64,000 bases of DNA from contig JBDRPD010000108.1 in NCBI GenBank assembly GCA_043827405.1, positions 1-64,000 on the forward strand. Reading direction: 5' to 3'. The translations under genes were made by a program, and so were the position numbers. Position 1 is the first letter of the stretch, and each line of letters starts with the position of its first letter. The notes under the pieces are model-generated. The model was given only the letters and a program-made list of their open reading frames with translations. It did no database searches and was not told the DNA's origin. Below are positions 46,815 through 58,437 of the stretch, one piece after another. This DNA comes from Elusimicrobiota bacterium. GTDB taxonomy: Bacteria; Elusimicrobiota; Elusimicrobia; UBA1565.

Positions 46815-49804
46815 CCGCCTATAGCAGGATACGACTCCGGCGTCTTGGGCGAGGGGATGACGATCTCATCGCCGCTGAGCGATTCCAGGAAGGCGATCAA
46901 GTCCTTCTTCTCGTCCGGCGCGAGCCGCAGGGGCGCAAGCAGCGGAGTTTTATTGACCGCGTCCCCGCCGCCCCGGTCATAGAAATCGACGACCTCGGCC
47001 AGCGTCGCGAATATGCCGTTATGCATATACGGCGCGGTGTACTTGAGCTCGCGCAGGCTCGGCGTGCGAAACTTGCCGCTGTCCGCCTCGCGGTGCGTCA
47101 TCAGATAAAGCCCCGGATCGGAGTCCGCCGCGCGATAGACCTCCTCGGGCGCGCCGTGAATAACGTGCTTGTAGCGCACCGTGACCTGCCGCAGAGGCAT
47201 CTCATCGATGCGGGGATTATGCGGCACGCCGGTGGCGTGAAATCCTTGGTCGGAGGCCAGCGGACCGTTATGACAGCGCAGGCACCCGGCCTTGCCCTCG
47301 AACAGCCGCCGTCCGCGCTGGGCGGCGGGAGAGAGGACGCCCCGGTCAAACGGCGCATTCCTCGACACCGGCACCGCGCGTTCGAAGGCGGCGATGGCGC
47401 GGAGCACGCCCTCGAAGTTGGGCCGCTCGACTCCGAACACCTCCTTGAACATGGCGACGTACTCCGGCGACGTCGCCAGACGCTCCTCAACCAGCTCCGG
47501 ATCGCCGTTGCCGTTGAGGTTCGAGATAATAGCGGAGCGCGCCTGCTCCTCCAGACTCGGCTTGGTGCCGTCCCACTCCAGCTTGCTGTAATAGGCGGCA
47601 TTGAGGATGGTCTGCGAATTGCGCCAGTCCAAGGTGCCCGAATAGCCGAGGGCGAGCTCGGCGCCGTCGCCCCAGCCCATCGCGGGCTCATGACAGGCGG
47701 CGCAGAAGGAGTCGCCGTTGCCGGAGAGCCGCGGCTCGAAAAACAACAGCTTTCCGAGTTCGACCTTGGCCGGCGTCAACGGATTATCACCAGGCACCGG
47801 CACCGGAGGAAGCGGGCCGAGCGGCGGCGGCGCGGCGGCCGCGATCTCCCCCGGCTGTTCGCGGGGGGCTGCCGCCTTCTCCCTCCGGGGACGGAGAGCA
47901 TCGCCGGGAGAGCTCACGAACTCGACGACCGGCGTCTCGCTGCTGAGCGATTTAAGAAATTCCGCGAGGTCCCGTTTCTGCCGCCGGCTCAGCCGCGGGT
48001 TTTCGAAGCCGACGGCCTCTTCCAGCGTATTAAACATCCCGTTGTGCATATAGGGAGCGGTGCGCGCGACCTCCCGCAGCGACGGGGTCCGGAACTTTCC
48101 GCGGTCCGCTTCGTCCTTGGTAACGGCATAGTAGCCGATGTCTTGCTGCAGATTCGCATAACCCTCGATGCCGAAAACCTTGAAAAAACGACGGAAGGAG
48201 ATAAGGCGCAGGATATTCTTCTGTACTTCCGGATTCTCCGGTACGCCGCGATTATGCAGCCCGCCGTCGGTCAGCAAAGGCCCGTCATGGCAGCGCACGC
48301 AGCCGGCCTCACCGGTGAACAGCCGGTAGCCCCGGCGCGCGGCCCGGCTTAAAGCCTTTTTCTCGCCCCGCAGGAAGCGATCATACGGAGCCTCGCCGGA
48401 ACGCAGCGAGCGCACAAAGGCGGAGAGCGCCTCCAGCATCCTCGCGTAGGACGGCTCGGCGCCATAAACCCGCTGAAAAGCCTCCACATAATCCGGCGCC
48501 TGCCGGAGCTTTTCGACCACCAGCCGGCCGTCGGCTCCCATGAAGTGCGCTTCCGAGATATGATCGCGGATAAGAGAGGGCAGATCATCGCCCGGGAAAC
48601 GCCCGTCCCAATACAGATACTTCTGCCCGCCGCTGTTGAACAGCGTCGGCGTATTGCGGAAGTAAAGGGTTTCGGGATAGCCCGGCGACAGGGCGAGCCC
48701 GTCGGTAAACGCCTGTTCCGGACGGTGGCAGTCGGCGCAGTTGCGGGAGGCGTCGCCGGAAAGCCGCTGGTCGAAAAAGAGGACCTTCCCAAGCCGCTCT
48801 TCCGTGTCGATGGGGAGCCGCGGTGCCCCGGCCGCCGGGATATGGGGGCGGGTGCCGGAGACATCCCACAGCCGCAGGGAATGGTCCTCGCTCGCCGAAA
48901 CGGCGAGGCTTCCGTCCGGAGAGAAAGCGACATCGCGCACGCCGTTAAGATGCCCCCCCCAGACCGCGAGCTCACGCCCGGTCGCGACCTCCCAATGGCG
49001 AACGGCGTAATCCGCTCCGGCCGAGAGCGCGGTGCGGCCGTCGGGAGAGAAGGCGACGGCATAGATGTAGCTCTTGTGCCCCTTCCACACGGCCAGCCCG
49101 CTTCCATCCGCGGTGTCCCACAAACGCAGGGTATTGTCCCGGCCGCCCGAAAGCGCCCGCCGCCCGTCGGGTGAGAAGGCGACGGCCATAACCTTGTTGG
49201 CATGCCCGCGCCAAACCGCCAGCTGCCGCCGCGCCGCGACGTCCCACAGCCGCAGGGTTTTATCTCCCTGGCCGGTAAGGAGCCTCTTGCCGTCCGGCGA
49301 GAAAGCGACGGCGGCGGCGTGCGCGAGCGCGCCTTGCTGCAAAGTAGCCGCTTCCCGGCGCTCGCGGATATCCCACAGCTTGAGCTCACCGGCGTACGAA
49401 GTCGTCGCGGCGAGGCGTCCATCCGGCGAGATCGCGATCGCGCGAATCTCGCCCTGATGCCCCGGCAGCGAGGCGAGCTCGCGGCCGGAGGAAATATCCC
49501 AAATTTTGAGGAGACGGTCCTCGCCGCCCGAAAGCGCGTACTTCCCATCGGGGCTTATCGCGACCGCCAGCACCTCCCCCGTATGCCCTCGCCAGGTCGC
49601 GAGCACTTTGCCGCTCGCGACGTCCCATACTCTAACCGTGCGGTCTTCGCTAACCGAAAGGACGCGCGAACCGTCGGGGGTAAACGCCGCGCCATAGACG
49701 TGATGAGTATGCCCTTTCCAGACCGCGAGCGAGGGGCTGTCGGCGGCGGCGGACAGGACGGGAGACGCCAGGAGAAGAGCGGATGCGAACAAACAGCGCA
49801 GCAT
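46811..49804 (-). CDS. Secreted WD40 propeller fused to two di-haem cytochrome c peroxidase/MauG-family domains (4 CXXCH)
   Basis: Signal peptide, seven GH...WD/WE repeats, CADCH/CVRCH/CAACH/CLRCH, two copies each of LFF(D/E)xRLSG and GKFRTPSLRE...TAPYMHNG. Confidence 0.9.
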   Translation of the reverse strand: MLRCLFASALLLASPVLSAAADSPSLAVWKGHTHHVYGAAFTPDGSRVLSVSEDRTVRVWDVASGKVLATWRGHTGEVLAVAISPDGKYALSGGEDRLLKIWDISSGRELASLPGHQGEIRAIAISPDGRLAATTSYAGELKLWDIRERREAATLQQGALAHAAAVAFSPDGKRLLTGQGDKTLRLWDVAARRQLAVWRGHANKVMAVAFSPDGRRALSGGRDNTLRLWDTADGSGLAVWKGHKSYIYAVAFSPDGRTALSAGADYAVRHWEVATGRELAVWGGHLNGVRDVAFSPDGSLAVSASEDHSLRLWDVSGTRPHIPAAGAPRLPIDTEERLGKVLFFDQRLSGDASRNCADCHRPEQAFTDGLALSPGYPETLYFRNTPTLFNSGGQKYLYWDGRFPGDDLPSLIRDHISEAHFMGADGRLVVEKLRQAPDYVEAFQRVYGAEPSYARMLEALSAFVRSLRSGEAPYDRFLRGEKKALSRAARRGYRLFTGEAGCVRCHDGPLLTDGGLHNRGVPENPEVQKNILRLISFRRFFKVFGIEGYANLQQDIGYYAVTKDEADRGKFRTPSLREVARTAPYMHNGMFNTLEEAVGFENPRLSRRQKRDLAEFLKSLSSETPVVEFVSSPGDALRPRREKAAAPREQPGEIAAAAPPPLGPLPPVPVPGDNPLTPAKVELGKLLFFEPRLSGNGDSFCAACHEPAMGWGDGAELALGYSGTLDWRNSQTILNAAYYSKLEWDGTKPSLEEQARSAIISNLNGNGDPELVEERLATSPEYVAMFKEVFGVERPNFEGVLRAIAAFERAVPVSRNAPFDRGVLSPAAQRGRRLFEGKAGCLRCHNGPLASDQGFHATGVPHNPRIDEMPLRQVTVRYKHVIHGAPEEVYRAADSDPGLYLMTHREADSGKFRTPSLRELKYTAPYMHNGIFATLAEVVDFYDRGGGDAVNKTPLLAPLRLAPDEKKDLIAFLESLSGDEIVIPSPKTPESYPAIGG

Positions 49805-49814
49805 CGAAGTTACG

Positions 49815-51227
49815 CTAGCATTTTGGCTGCTCCGCTTGAACAAGGTGAAAGCAGAGCAGGCAGAGGGATGTCACCGCCACCCCGGCATAGAGGTCGTCCA
49901 CCTGCGCCCAAAATCCGGCATGCCCGGCCAAGCGCCAGTAGGTGACGGCGGCGACCCCGGCCAGGCAGGTCGCCACGAAACGCAAGTCGCTCAGCCGACC
50001 GGGGAAGAGATGGCCGTAGAGTACGGGAAAAAGCAGGCAGGCGGCGGAGTAGCTGCCCAGCGTCTTCCAGACTTCCTTGATGTTCCCCTCGAAGCAGAAA
50101 GACAGCAGCACCGCCAGGACGCCCACGGAGACGACGCCCAGGTGATGAATTTTCACCTTGCCTTTCAGCCGCGCCGGCACCAGATCGTAGGCCAGAGTCG
50201 TCCCGGCAAGAAAGATGTAGGAATCCAGGGTCGAGAGAATAGTGGCCAATATCCCCGCCAGGAAGAAGCCGCGCAGGCCGCTGGGCAGAATCTGCACGGC
50301 ATAGATCAAATAGGCCTGCGCCGAATCCGCCCCCGGGATGGCCGCCCGCGCGTACATCGCCCCCGCCGTCGTGCAAATATCGAAACCCACCCAGACCAGC
50401 AGGCACAGCCAGATTCCGCGCCGCGCCGTCCGCTCCGAATCCGCGGCGAAGCAGCGCTGGTAGAAGTTGGGATCGACCAGGGTCGACAACGCGATAAATC
50501 CCCAGACCAAAGCGGTGGCCCAGCTTTCCCCGCCCAGCGGCGCGAAGTGCGAGGCCGGCAGGTGGGCGCGCAGATAGCCCAGGCCGCCGAATCGCGCAAC
50601 CGACGCGGCCAAAACCAGAAACACCGCCGCGCACATGACGAAGAACTGCAGCATGTCCGAGAACACCACCGCGCGCAAACCGCCCGAGAAAGAATAGAGG
50701 ACCACCCCCAGGACGCCGGCCGCGATCCACAACGGCAGGCTGCCGCCGAACAGCGCCTGCAGGAACAGTCCCAGGCTGATGGCGTAGACGATGGGAATCA
50801 CGTTCATGAAGTTGAATACGGCGGCGAGCTTCTCGGAGCGCGGACCGAACATCCGTCCGACCATTTCGGGCAAAGTCAGGACATCGTAGCGCCGGAGCCG
50901 GCCGACGATAAAGAGCGCGAACAGGGCATAGGTCGCGTACCAGAACACGCCTTGGGTGAGAAAGTTGTAGACCCCCTTGTCGAATGCGATCTGGGTCACG
51001 CCGAAGATGCCGCCGTACCAGGTCGCCACCAGCGTGGCCACAAACATGGGCAAAGTCAGCCGGCGGCCCATGACCATCAGATCGAGGAAAGAGGCCGCCT
51101 CGTCCATGTCCCGCCGCTTGCGCGTCTGACCGTAGATCACCATGGCGAAAGTCGCCAGCAGCACCGAGACGAAGACCGCCCAATCGGCGGGGGTAAGGAT
51201 CGCGGGCAGGTCGAGAGTGTCGCGCAT
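49815..51227 (-). CDS. Sodium:solute symporter (SSS) family transporter
   Basis: About 13 TMs, VATLVATWYGG, LTLPE, YSFSGGLRAVVFSDMLQF, YQRCFAA, ILSTLDS. Confidence 0.9.
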   Translation of the reverse strand: MRDTLDLPAILTPADWAVFVSVLLATFAMVIYGQTRKRRDMDEAASFLDLMVMGRRLTLPMFVATLVATWYGGIFGVTQIAFDKGVYNFLTQGVFWYATYALFALFIVGRLRRYDVLTLPEMVGRMFGPRSEKLAAVFNFMNVIPIVYAISLGLFLQALFGGSLPLWIAAGVLGVVLYSFSGGLRAVVFSDMLQFFVMCAAVFLVLAASVARFGGLGYLRAHLPASHFAPLGGESWATALVWGFIALSTLVDPNFYQRCFAADSERTARRGIWLCLLVWVGFDICTTAGAMYARAAIPGADSAQAYLIYAVQILPSGLRGFFLAGILATILSTLDSYIFLAGTTLAYDLVPARLKGKVKIHHLGVVSVGVLAVLLSFCFEGNIKEVWKTLGSYSAACLLFPVLYGHLFPGRLSDLRFVATCLAGVAAVTYWRLAGHAGFWAQVDDLYAGVAVTSLCLLCFHLVQAEQPKC

Positions 51228-51264
51228 AAAAAATCCGGGGCCTATGGCCCCGGACAGTTTACCA
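51228..51264 (-). terminator. Intrinsic-terminator-like hairpin with an adjacent extended -10 box
   Basis: Minus strand reads TGgTAAACT-G-TCCGGGGCC-ATA-GGCCCCGGA-TTTTTT-ATG. Confidence 0.6.
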
Positions 51265-51283
51265 ACGATTTATCGCGGCGTCT

Positions 51284-51943
51284 TTATTCCGCCGGCTTTA
51301 CCTCGGCGGGTTTCGGCTCCTCCGCTTTCTTTTCCGCGGGCTCCGTCTTGTTTTCCTCTACGGCCTTTGCTTTCTCCGGAACCGGCATTTCCGTCTTGAT
51401 TTCTTCCTTGGCCGCTTCTTTCTTCTCCTCAACCACGGCCGGCTTCGGTTCCGGCGCTGGCGCCGGCTCAGGCGTTTCGGCCTTCTTGAGCTCCTCAAGC
51501 CGGCCGCGCGCCTCCTTTATGTCCGCCAGATACGCGCTCTTCGGATGCGCCTGCTCAAATGCCGCGAGCGCCTTCTCGGCCTGCGCGAACTTGCCCGCTA
51601 AAATAAGGTCGATCGCCGCCGCCTGCTCCTCGCGCTCCTGCAGACGCTCGGCGGCCTTTTTATCGGTCCAGCTGCCCTTCCAGTACGGCAGCTTGGGATC
51701 CGCCTCCGACTGCTTGGAGCCGCGCACCGCGGCGACCGTGGTCACGCTGACGCCCCGCCGGTAGCGGGCCTGGATGGCCTTTTTCTGCAGCGCCGCCCGC
51801 CAGTGGCCGAACCAGCTCCGCAGGCTCTTGCTCTGGGCAGACCCAGCCGGGGCGCCCTCCGCCTCCGCGGCGACGGCCGCGGCCGGGCCGGCGCCCGCCA
51901 AAAACGCCGCCAGCACCAGAATAAAAAATCTCTTCATCATCAT
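51284..51943 (-). CDS. Secreted protein with a TPR-like hairpin and Glu/Lys/Pro-rich tail
   Basis: Signal peptide, VAAVRG motif, GKFAQAEKALAAFEQAHPKSAY, EPKPAE repeats. Confidence 0.8.
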   Translation of the reverse strand: MMMKRFFILVLAAFLAGAGPAAAVAAEAEGAPAGSAQSKSLRSWFGHWRAALQKKAIQARYRRGVSVTTVAAVRGSKQSEADPKLPYWKGSWTDKKAAERLQEREEQAAAIDLILAGKFAQAEKALAAFEQAHPKSAYLADIKEARGRLEELKKAETPEPAPAPEPKPAVVEEKKEAAKEEIKTEMPVPEKAKAVEENKTEPAEKKAEEPKPAEVKPAE

Positions 51944-52011
51944 GCTCCTCCGTCTTTACTGTAGCTCACGCGGCAAAATCCATCCACCCGACTTTTCTAC
52001 CGGTACTCCGG

Positions 52012-55000
52012 TCACATCTTCAGCAGGCTCTCCACCACCGGCGCCAGGTTCTTGTCCAGCGCCACCGCCTTTTTGGAGTACAGCTCAGCTTCGGCTCTTC
52101 TATCCAGCTTAAGCGCGGTCCGGGTAAGATTCATCCACACCCCCGCGTCTTCCGCATCGAGCTCGGAGGCCTGGGTATAGCGATTCATGGCGTCATGGAA
52201 GTCCCCGCGCACAAAAGACAGGCTGCCGAGGTTGTTATGCGCCGCCGCGTTGGTGGGCTCGAGCGCCAGCGCCTGATCGAACTGCTGCTTTGCCTCCGCC
52301 GCCTTGCCGTGCTGCACTTCGAGGATGCCGAGCAGGTTGATCAGGTCGACGCTCTCGCCCTCCTCCTTCACCCGGGCGTTGAGGTGCTCGCGCACGAAGC
52401 CGTAGCGGTCTTTGAGCAGCCGCGCGGCCTCGGCGTCGAAGCGTTTGGACGCCTCGCCGGCGTCGAGCTGGACGGCCTCGGCCTCGGATTTCGGCAGCGT
52501 CGCCGGCGCGTAGACCAGCCAGGATTTCCGGGGATCGGTTACCGCCACCTCGCTGTTCGCGCTCATCCCCCGGTACGCGTGCAGCGCCTTGCGCGTAGCG
52601 TCCTCGAACGTGGCGCCGATCATGGTCGCTTCCAGCGGCAGCCAAAACGATCCGTCGTATTCGATCATCCGGTCCCGGGGCAGGCCGACCTCCATCGGAT
52701 CGTTGGATCCGGTATCGAACATCATGGCGAGGTGACCGGGGTAGTCGAGCAGCGCGGTACGGACCGTCGCGCCCTCGAACAAAGAGGCCAGCAGCGTCAC
52801 CAGGTCGTCGCATTCTCCGCTTTTACGCCGCAGCGTCTCGCGCGGGAACTGGGTATAGTCGACCGGGAACGCCGGGTCTTCCGACATCTTCTCGAACGGG
52901 TTGTTCGGACTGGGGAGAAACTTGACGCCCGCCGCCCCCAGCGCCGACCAGATCCTGAGCGCCAAGCGGAGGTTTTCGTTGAGGTACTCGGTGCCGGGAG
53001 GGCCCGCGTCGCCGGCCTGCCGCAGAATCTCACGGCTCAGATCGAGCACCGGCGGATCCTTCGGCGTAATGTAGTTGGCGATACGCCGCGGATCCTCCCA
53101 GGTAATCGCGTTGCGGGAGTAGACCTTGAGCGGCAGCGCCTGCGAAACTTCCTGCTTATCGCCTTTCTCAAAGTAGGTCAGGGAAACCTCGGCCTGAATC
53201 GGCGTATCCTCCGACACTTCGAGTATGCGGTTATTGAGCGTCGCGACGAGCGGAATCTCGAGCTTCTCCCGGGGCCCCAGATTTTCGACGACCTTTTCGG
53301 TCGCGAAGTCCATGAAGTCCTTAAGCCGGAAGGACACTTTAACGTTCTTGAACGGCAGGTTGAGATTATTGACGATCACCGCCCGGCCGAGAGGATTGGT
53401 CAAATACCACTTATAATTCGCCGAGAAAACGTTGCCGATCGTAATAGTGGAGATCTCGATCGGCGCCTGATTGAACGCGCCGGGGATAAACACCTCCACC
53501 GGATCCGACAGCGGTCCCTGATCGCCGGTCCCCGCCTCCACGGCGACCCGGTAGTGATAAGTCTGATACGCCTCCACGGCGCCGTCTTGGGCCGCGGGTT
53601 TCTCGACCGCCGCGACCTCCTGGTAGGAGCCCCACGAACTGCTGGAGCGAAACACCCGGTAGCGCTTGATCCAGGGGTCCTTGCGCTCCGCCCACGTCAG
53701 CGCGACCTGCCCGTCCGCCGCGCGCGTCGATACATGCACCGGCGGCGCCAGCCGCGGATGCAGCTTAAACGCCACGATCCGGCCCGCGCCGGGATCGGAC
53801 ACGATCAGCTCATCCTCGACCACCGTCAGCGCGGACGGACGGCTCAGGCTGCGCTCGTCCTTGCCGCCGGCGAAGAAGTTCGTCACCCAGCCGCCGTCCT
53901 TGTCGAAAACCATCACCCGCTGATGCCCCTGGTCCAGCACGTACAGGTAGCGGCGGCCGTCGTAGGCGATGGCGCCGGGGGCGGCGAAATCCGCCACGCC
54001 GCTGCCCTGCGTACCCCAGGACTTAATGAAGCCGCCGGAGGGCTCGCACTTAAAAATCTTACGCAGGCCCTTATCTACGATGTAGATGAAGCCGGCCTCG
54101 TCCCAGACCAGGCCGACCGGCTCCGCGAACTCATGCGGGCCCACCTGCGGCCCGAAGCTGAAGAGAAACGAACCGTCCGGGCTGAAGGCGTCGACGCGGC
54201 GGTTGCCGGTATCGGCCACATAGATCGTTCCCTTCTCGTTGACCGCGATGCCGTGCGGGGCGCTGACCTTGCCCTCCTTCTTGCTGCTGTCGAAAAAACC
54301 GTCCTTGCCGCCGAAGCTCGAGTGGAAGGAGCCGTCCGGCGCGAACAGCAGCACCTGGTCCGAATCCGTCGCGGACACGTAGAGGCCGTACTTCGGGCTG
54401 GCGGCCATACCGCCCACGCTCTTGACCTCATCCTTGCCCTCGCGGTTGAAGCGGATCTCCTCTTTGCCGTCCAGACCGAAAACCACGAACTTTTTCTCCT
54501 TATCCAGAAAGGCGGCCAGCGTCCCCTTCTGCTGCGTAAGAGCGGAGGCGGACAAAGCGAACTTGCGCGACGGCCCGGTTACCGTCAGCTTGGTAACGAG
54601 ATTATGCGTCAGGCGCTTAACCTTGAGCTTATTGACGATCTTCACGCGCTGGAGGCGCCGGTTGCCGGTATCCACGACCACGATCTCGCCGTCCGGCGCC
54701 ACCATAATGCCCTGCGGCTTCTTGAACTGGCCGCTGCCCTGGCCGGTTACCCCGAAATTTCCGACGATGAAGCCGTCGGGGCCCAGCTCGCGGACCTTGC
54801 CCCTTTTGGTGTCGAGCATGTATATGAAGCCGTATGCGTCCACCGCGAAATCGTTTCCGTGCAGCTTGTATTCCCGCGCCACCGAGGTATCCGGATTGAA
54901 CTGCTGCAGCCGATTATTGCCCGCGTCAAGAACGTAAATATGGTCCGACAGCGTAACCTCTATGCGGGTCGGGTTTTTGAGTTTCCCCAGCTCGCTGCCC

Positions 55001-55508
55001 TTGCCGCCGAACTCGAACAGAAAGATGCCCTCCTGCGTAAAGACCTCAACCCGGTGGTTCCCGGAATCGGCGACGTAAACGCGCCCGTCCGCGCCCACGG
55101 CCACGGACTCCGGCCGGCTGAGCTGACCGGGCTGCGCGCCGCGAGTGCCGATCGTGCGCAGGAACTCCCCCTCCGCGTCGAAGACCTGGATGCGGGAACC
55201 GCGAGTATCCGCGACGAAGACATCGCCGCCCGGCCCCACCGCCACCCCCTTGGCGCCGGAAAAGTACGGGGTCTCGCCCGCCTTTGCCACCACTTTGATC
55301 TGCCGGCCGTCCTGAGCAAAAATGAGGAGCTCATTCTTCTTCTCGTCGATAACATACAGCCGCTCGGCCCCCGCCGCGGCGGCGGACAGGCGCCCGGCCT
55401 TTTCAATGGAAAGCGGCGGCTTAACAAATTCGATGCGGTCGAACGCCCGGGCGGACGGAATCGCCGCGGCCAGCGCCGCGGCGGCAAGCAAGCTGCTGAA
55501 AAACGGTT

Positions 55509-55512
<4 letters not shown>
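52012..55512 (-). CDS. Large secreted protein: two NHL propellers, FN3, transglutaminase-like domain, TPRs
   Basis: Signal peptide, repeated YVADSGNHRV/YVADTGNRRV, FN3 (LTW...YRVFRS...YHYRV), GECDDL...GHL...WLPLEAT, C-terminal TPRs. ATG overlaps the gatB stop. Confidence 0.85.
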
Positions 55513-56934
<1,422 letters not shown>

Positions 56935-56945
<11 letters not shown>

Positions 56946-58437
56946 CAGAGGAACCTCCCCCGCTTATTGCGGCTGCCGGCGCCGGCAGCCGGGGCAGAGC
57001 CGCCTCGAGCGCCCGCGCCGCCCGCAGCAAAACGCCGTCTTCCGCCGGTCGTCCCATCAGCTGCACCCCGATCGGCAGTCCCGCGGCGCTGCGTCCGCAC
57101 GGCAGCGACACGCCGCAGTGGCCGGCGACATTGCACGGCGCGGTGTAGATATCGCCCAGGTACATCTGCAGCGGATCGGCTTTTTCCCCGAAGCGGAACG
57201 CCGGGGTGGGCGCGGTCGGGGTAAGAAGGATATCGGCCCGCGCGAAGGCGGCGGCAAAATCGCGTTTTACCAGCGTTCGCACCTGCTGCGCCTTCATATA
57301 AAAAGCTGCGTAATAGCCGGAGCTTAAAGCGTAGGTTCCCAGCATAATACGAAGCTTCACTTCGGCGCCGAAGCCGGCGCCGCGGCTCGTCCGATAAAGC
57401 TCGTCGATACCGCCCGCTCCGCCCGCATCGCGCACGCCGTAGCGGACGCCGTCGAAGCGCGCGAGATTCGAGCTCGCCTCCGCCGGCGCGATGATATAGT
57501 AGGCGCTCAGAGCGCAGCGCGTATGCGGCAGCGACACCTCCACCACCTCCGCTCCCAGCTCCCGGCAGGCTTGCGCCGCGCCGCGCACCGCCTGCTCGAC
57601 CTCCGGATCGAGCCCGGCGGCGAAATATTCGCGCGGCAGGCCGACGCGCAATCCTCCGATGCCGCCCGCGCTGGCGGCGGTGAAGTCCTCCGGAGCGCGC
57701 GCGGCGGAGGTCGAATCCGCCGGATCGTGTCCGGCGATAACGCTGAGGGCGAGAGCGGCGTCCTCGACCGTCCGTGCCAGCGGCCCGATCTGATCGAGCG
57801 AGGACGCGTATGCGACCAAGCCGTAACGCGAGACGGTTCCGTAGCTGGGCTTGAGCCCTACCGTGCCGCAGAAGGACGCCGGCTGACGGATCGAGCCGCC
57901 GGTATCCGAGCCGAGCGCCAACGGGACCATGCGTGCAGCCACCGCGGCGGCCGAACCGCCGCTGGATCCCCCCGGAACGCGCTCCGGGTCCCAGGGGTTG
58001 CGCGTCGGCGGGAAGGCGGAGTTTTCGGTGGATGAGCCCATGGCGAACTCGTCCATATTGGTCTTGCCCACGATGACCGCGCCCTCTTCCTTGATGCGGC
58101 GCACAACCGTTGCGTCGTAAACCGCACGGTAGTTCTTGAGAAATTTCGAGCCGCAGGTCGCCGCCGCACCGCGCACCAGCATATTGTCCTTGACCGCCAC
58201 GGGAACGCCGGCCAAGCGGCCGGCCGTACCGCCGGCCGCGACCCTGCGGTCGACCGCGCGCGCAGCGGCAAGAGCATCTTCTTCGAGGACCTGCAAAAAA
58301 GCGCGAATCCCGGGGTCCGCCGCGCGGATACGGCTCAGATGCGCGACCGCGACCGCTTCGGCTCGCAGCTCCCCGGCGTTGACGCGACGGGCGATTTCGC
58401 CGGCCGGCAGCTCGAGGAGCTGTCTTTCATCCGTCAT
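56935..58437 (-). CDS. gatA: Asp/Glu-tRNA amidotransferase subunit A
   Basis: VAVKDN, GKTNMDEFAMGSSTENS, PGGSSGGSAAAVA, GSDTGGSIRQPA, SSNLARFDGVRYG. Confidence 0.98.

Noticed and set aside
51228..51283. TPP or other riboswitch upstream of the SSS transporter
   Set aside because: The gap is only 56 nt and has no CUGAGA or other aptamer consensus; only a hairpin with a U tract.
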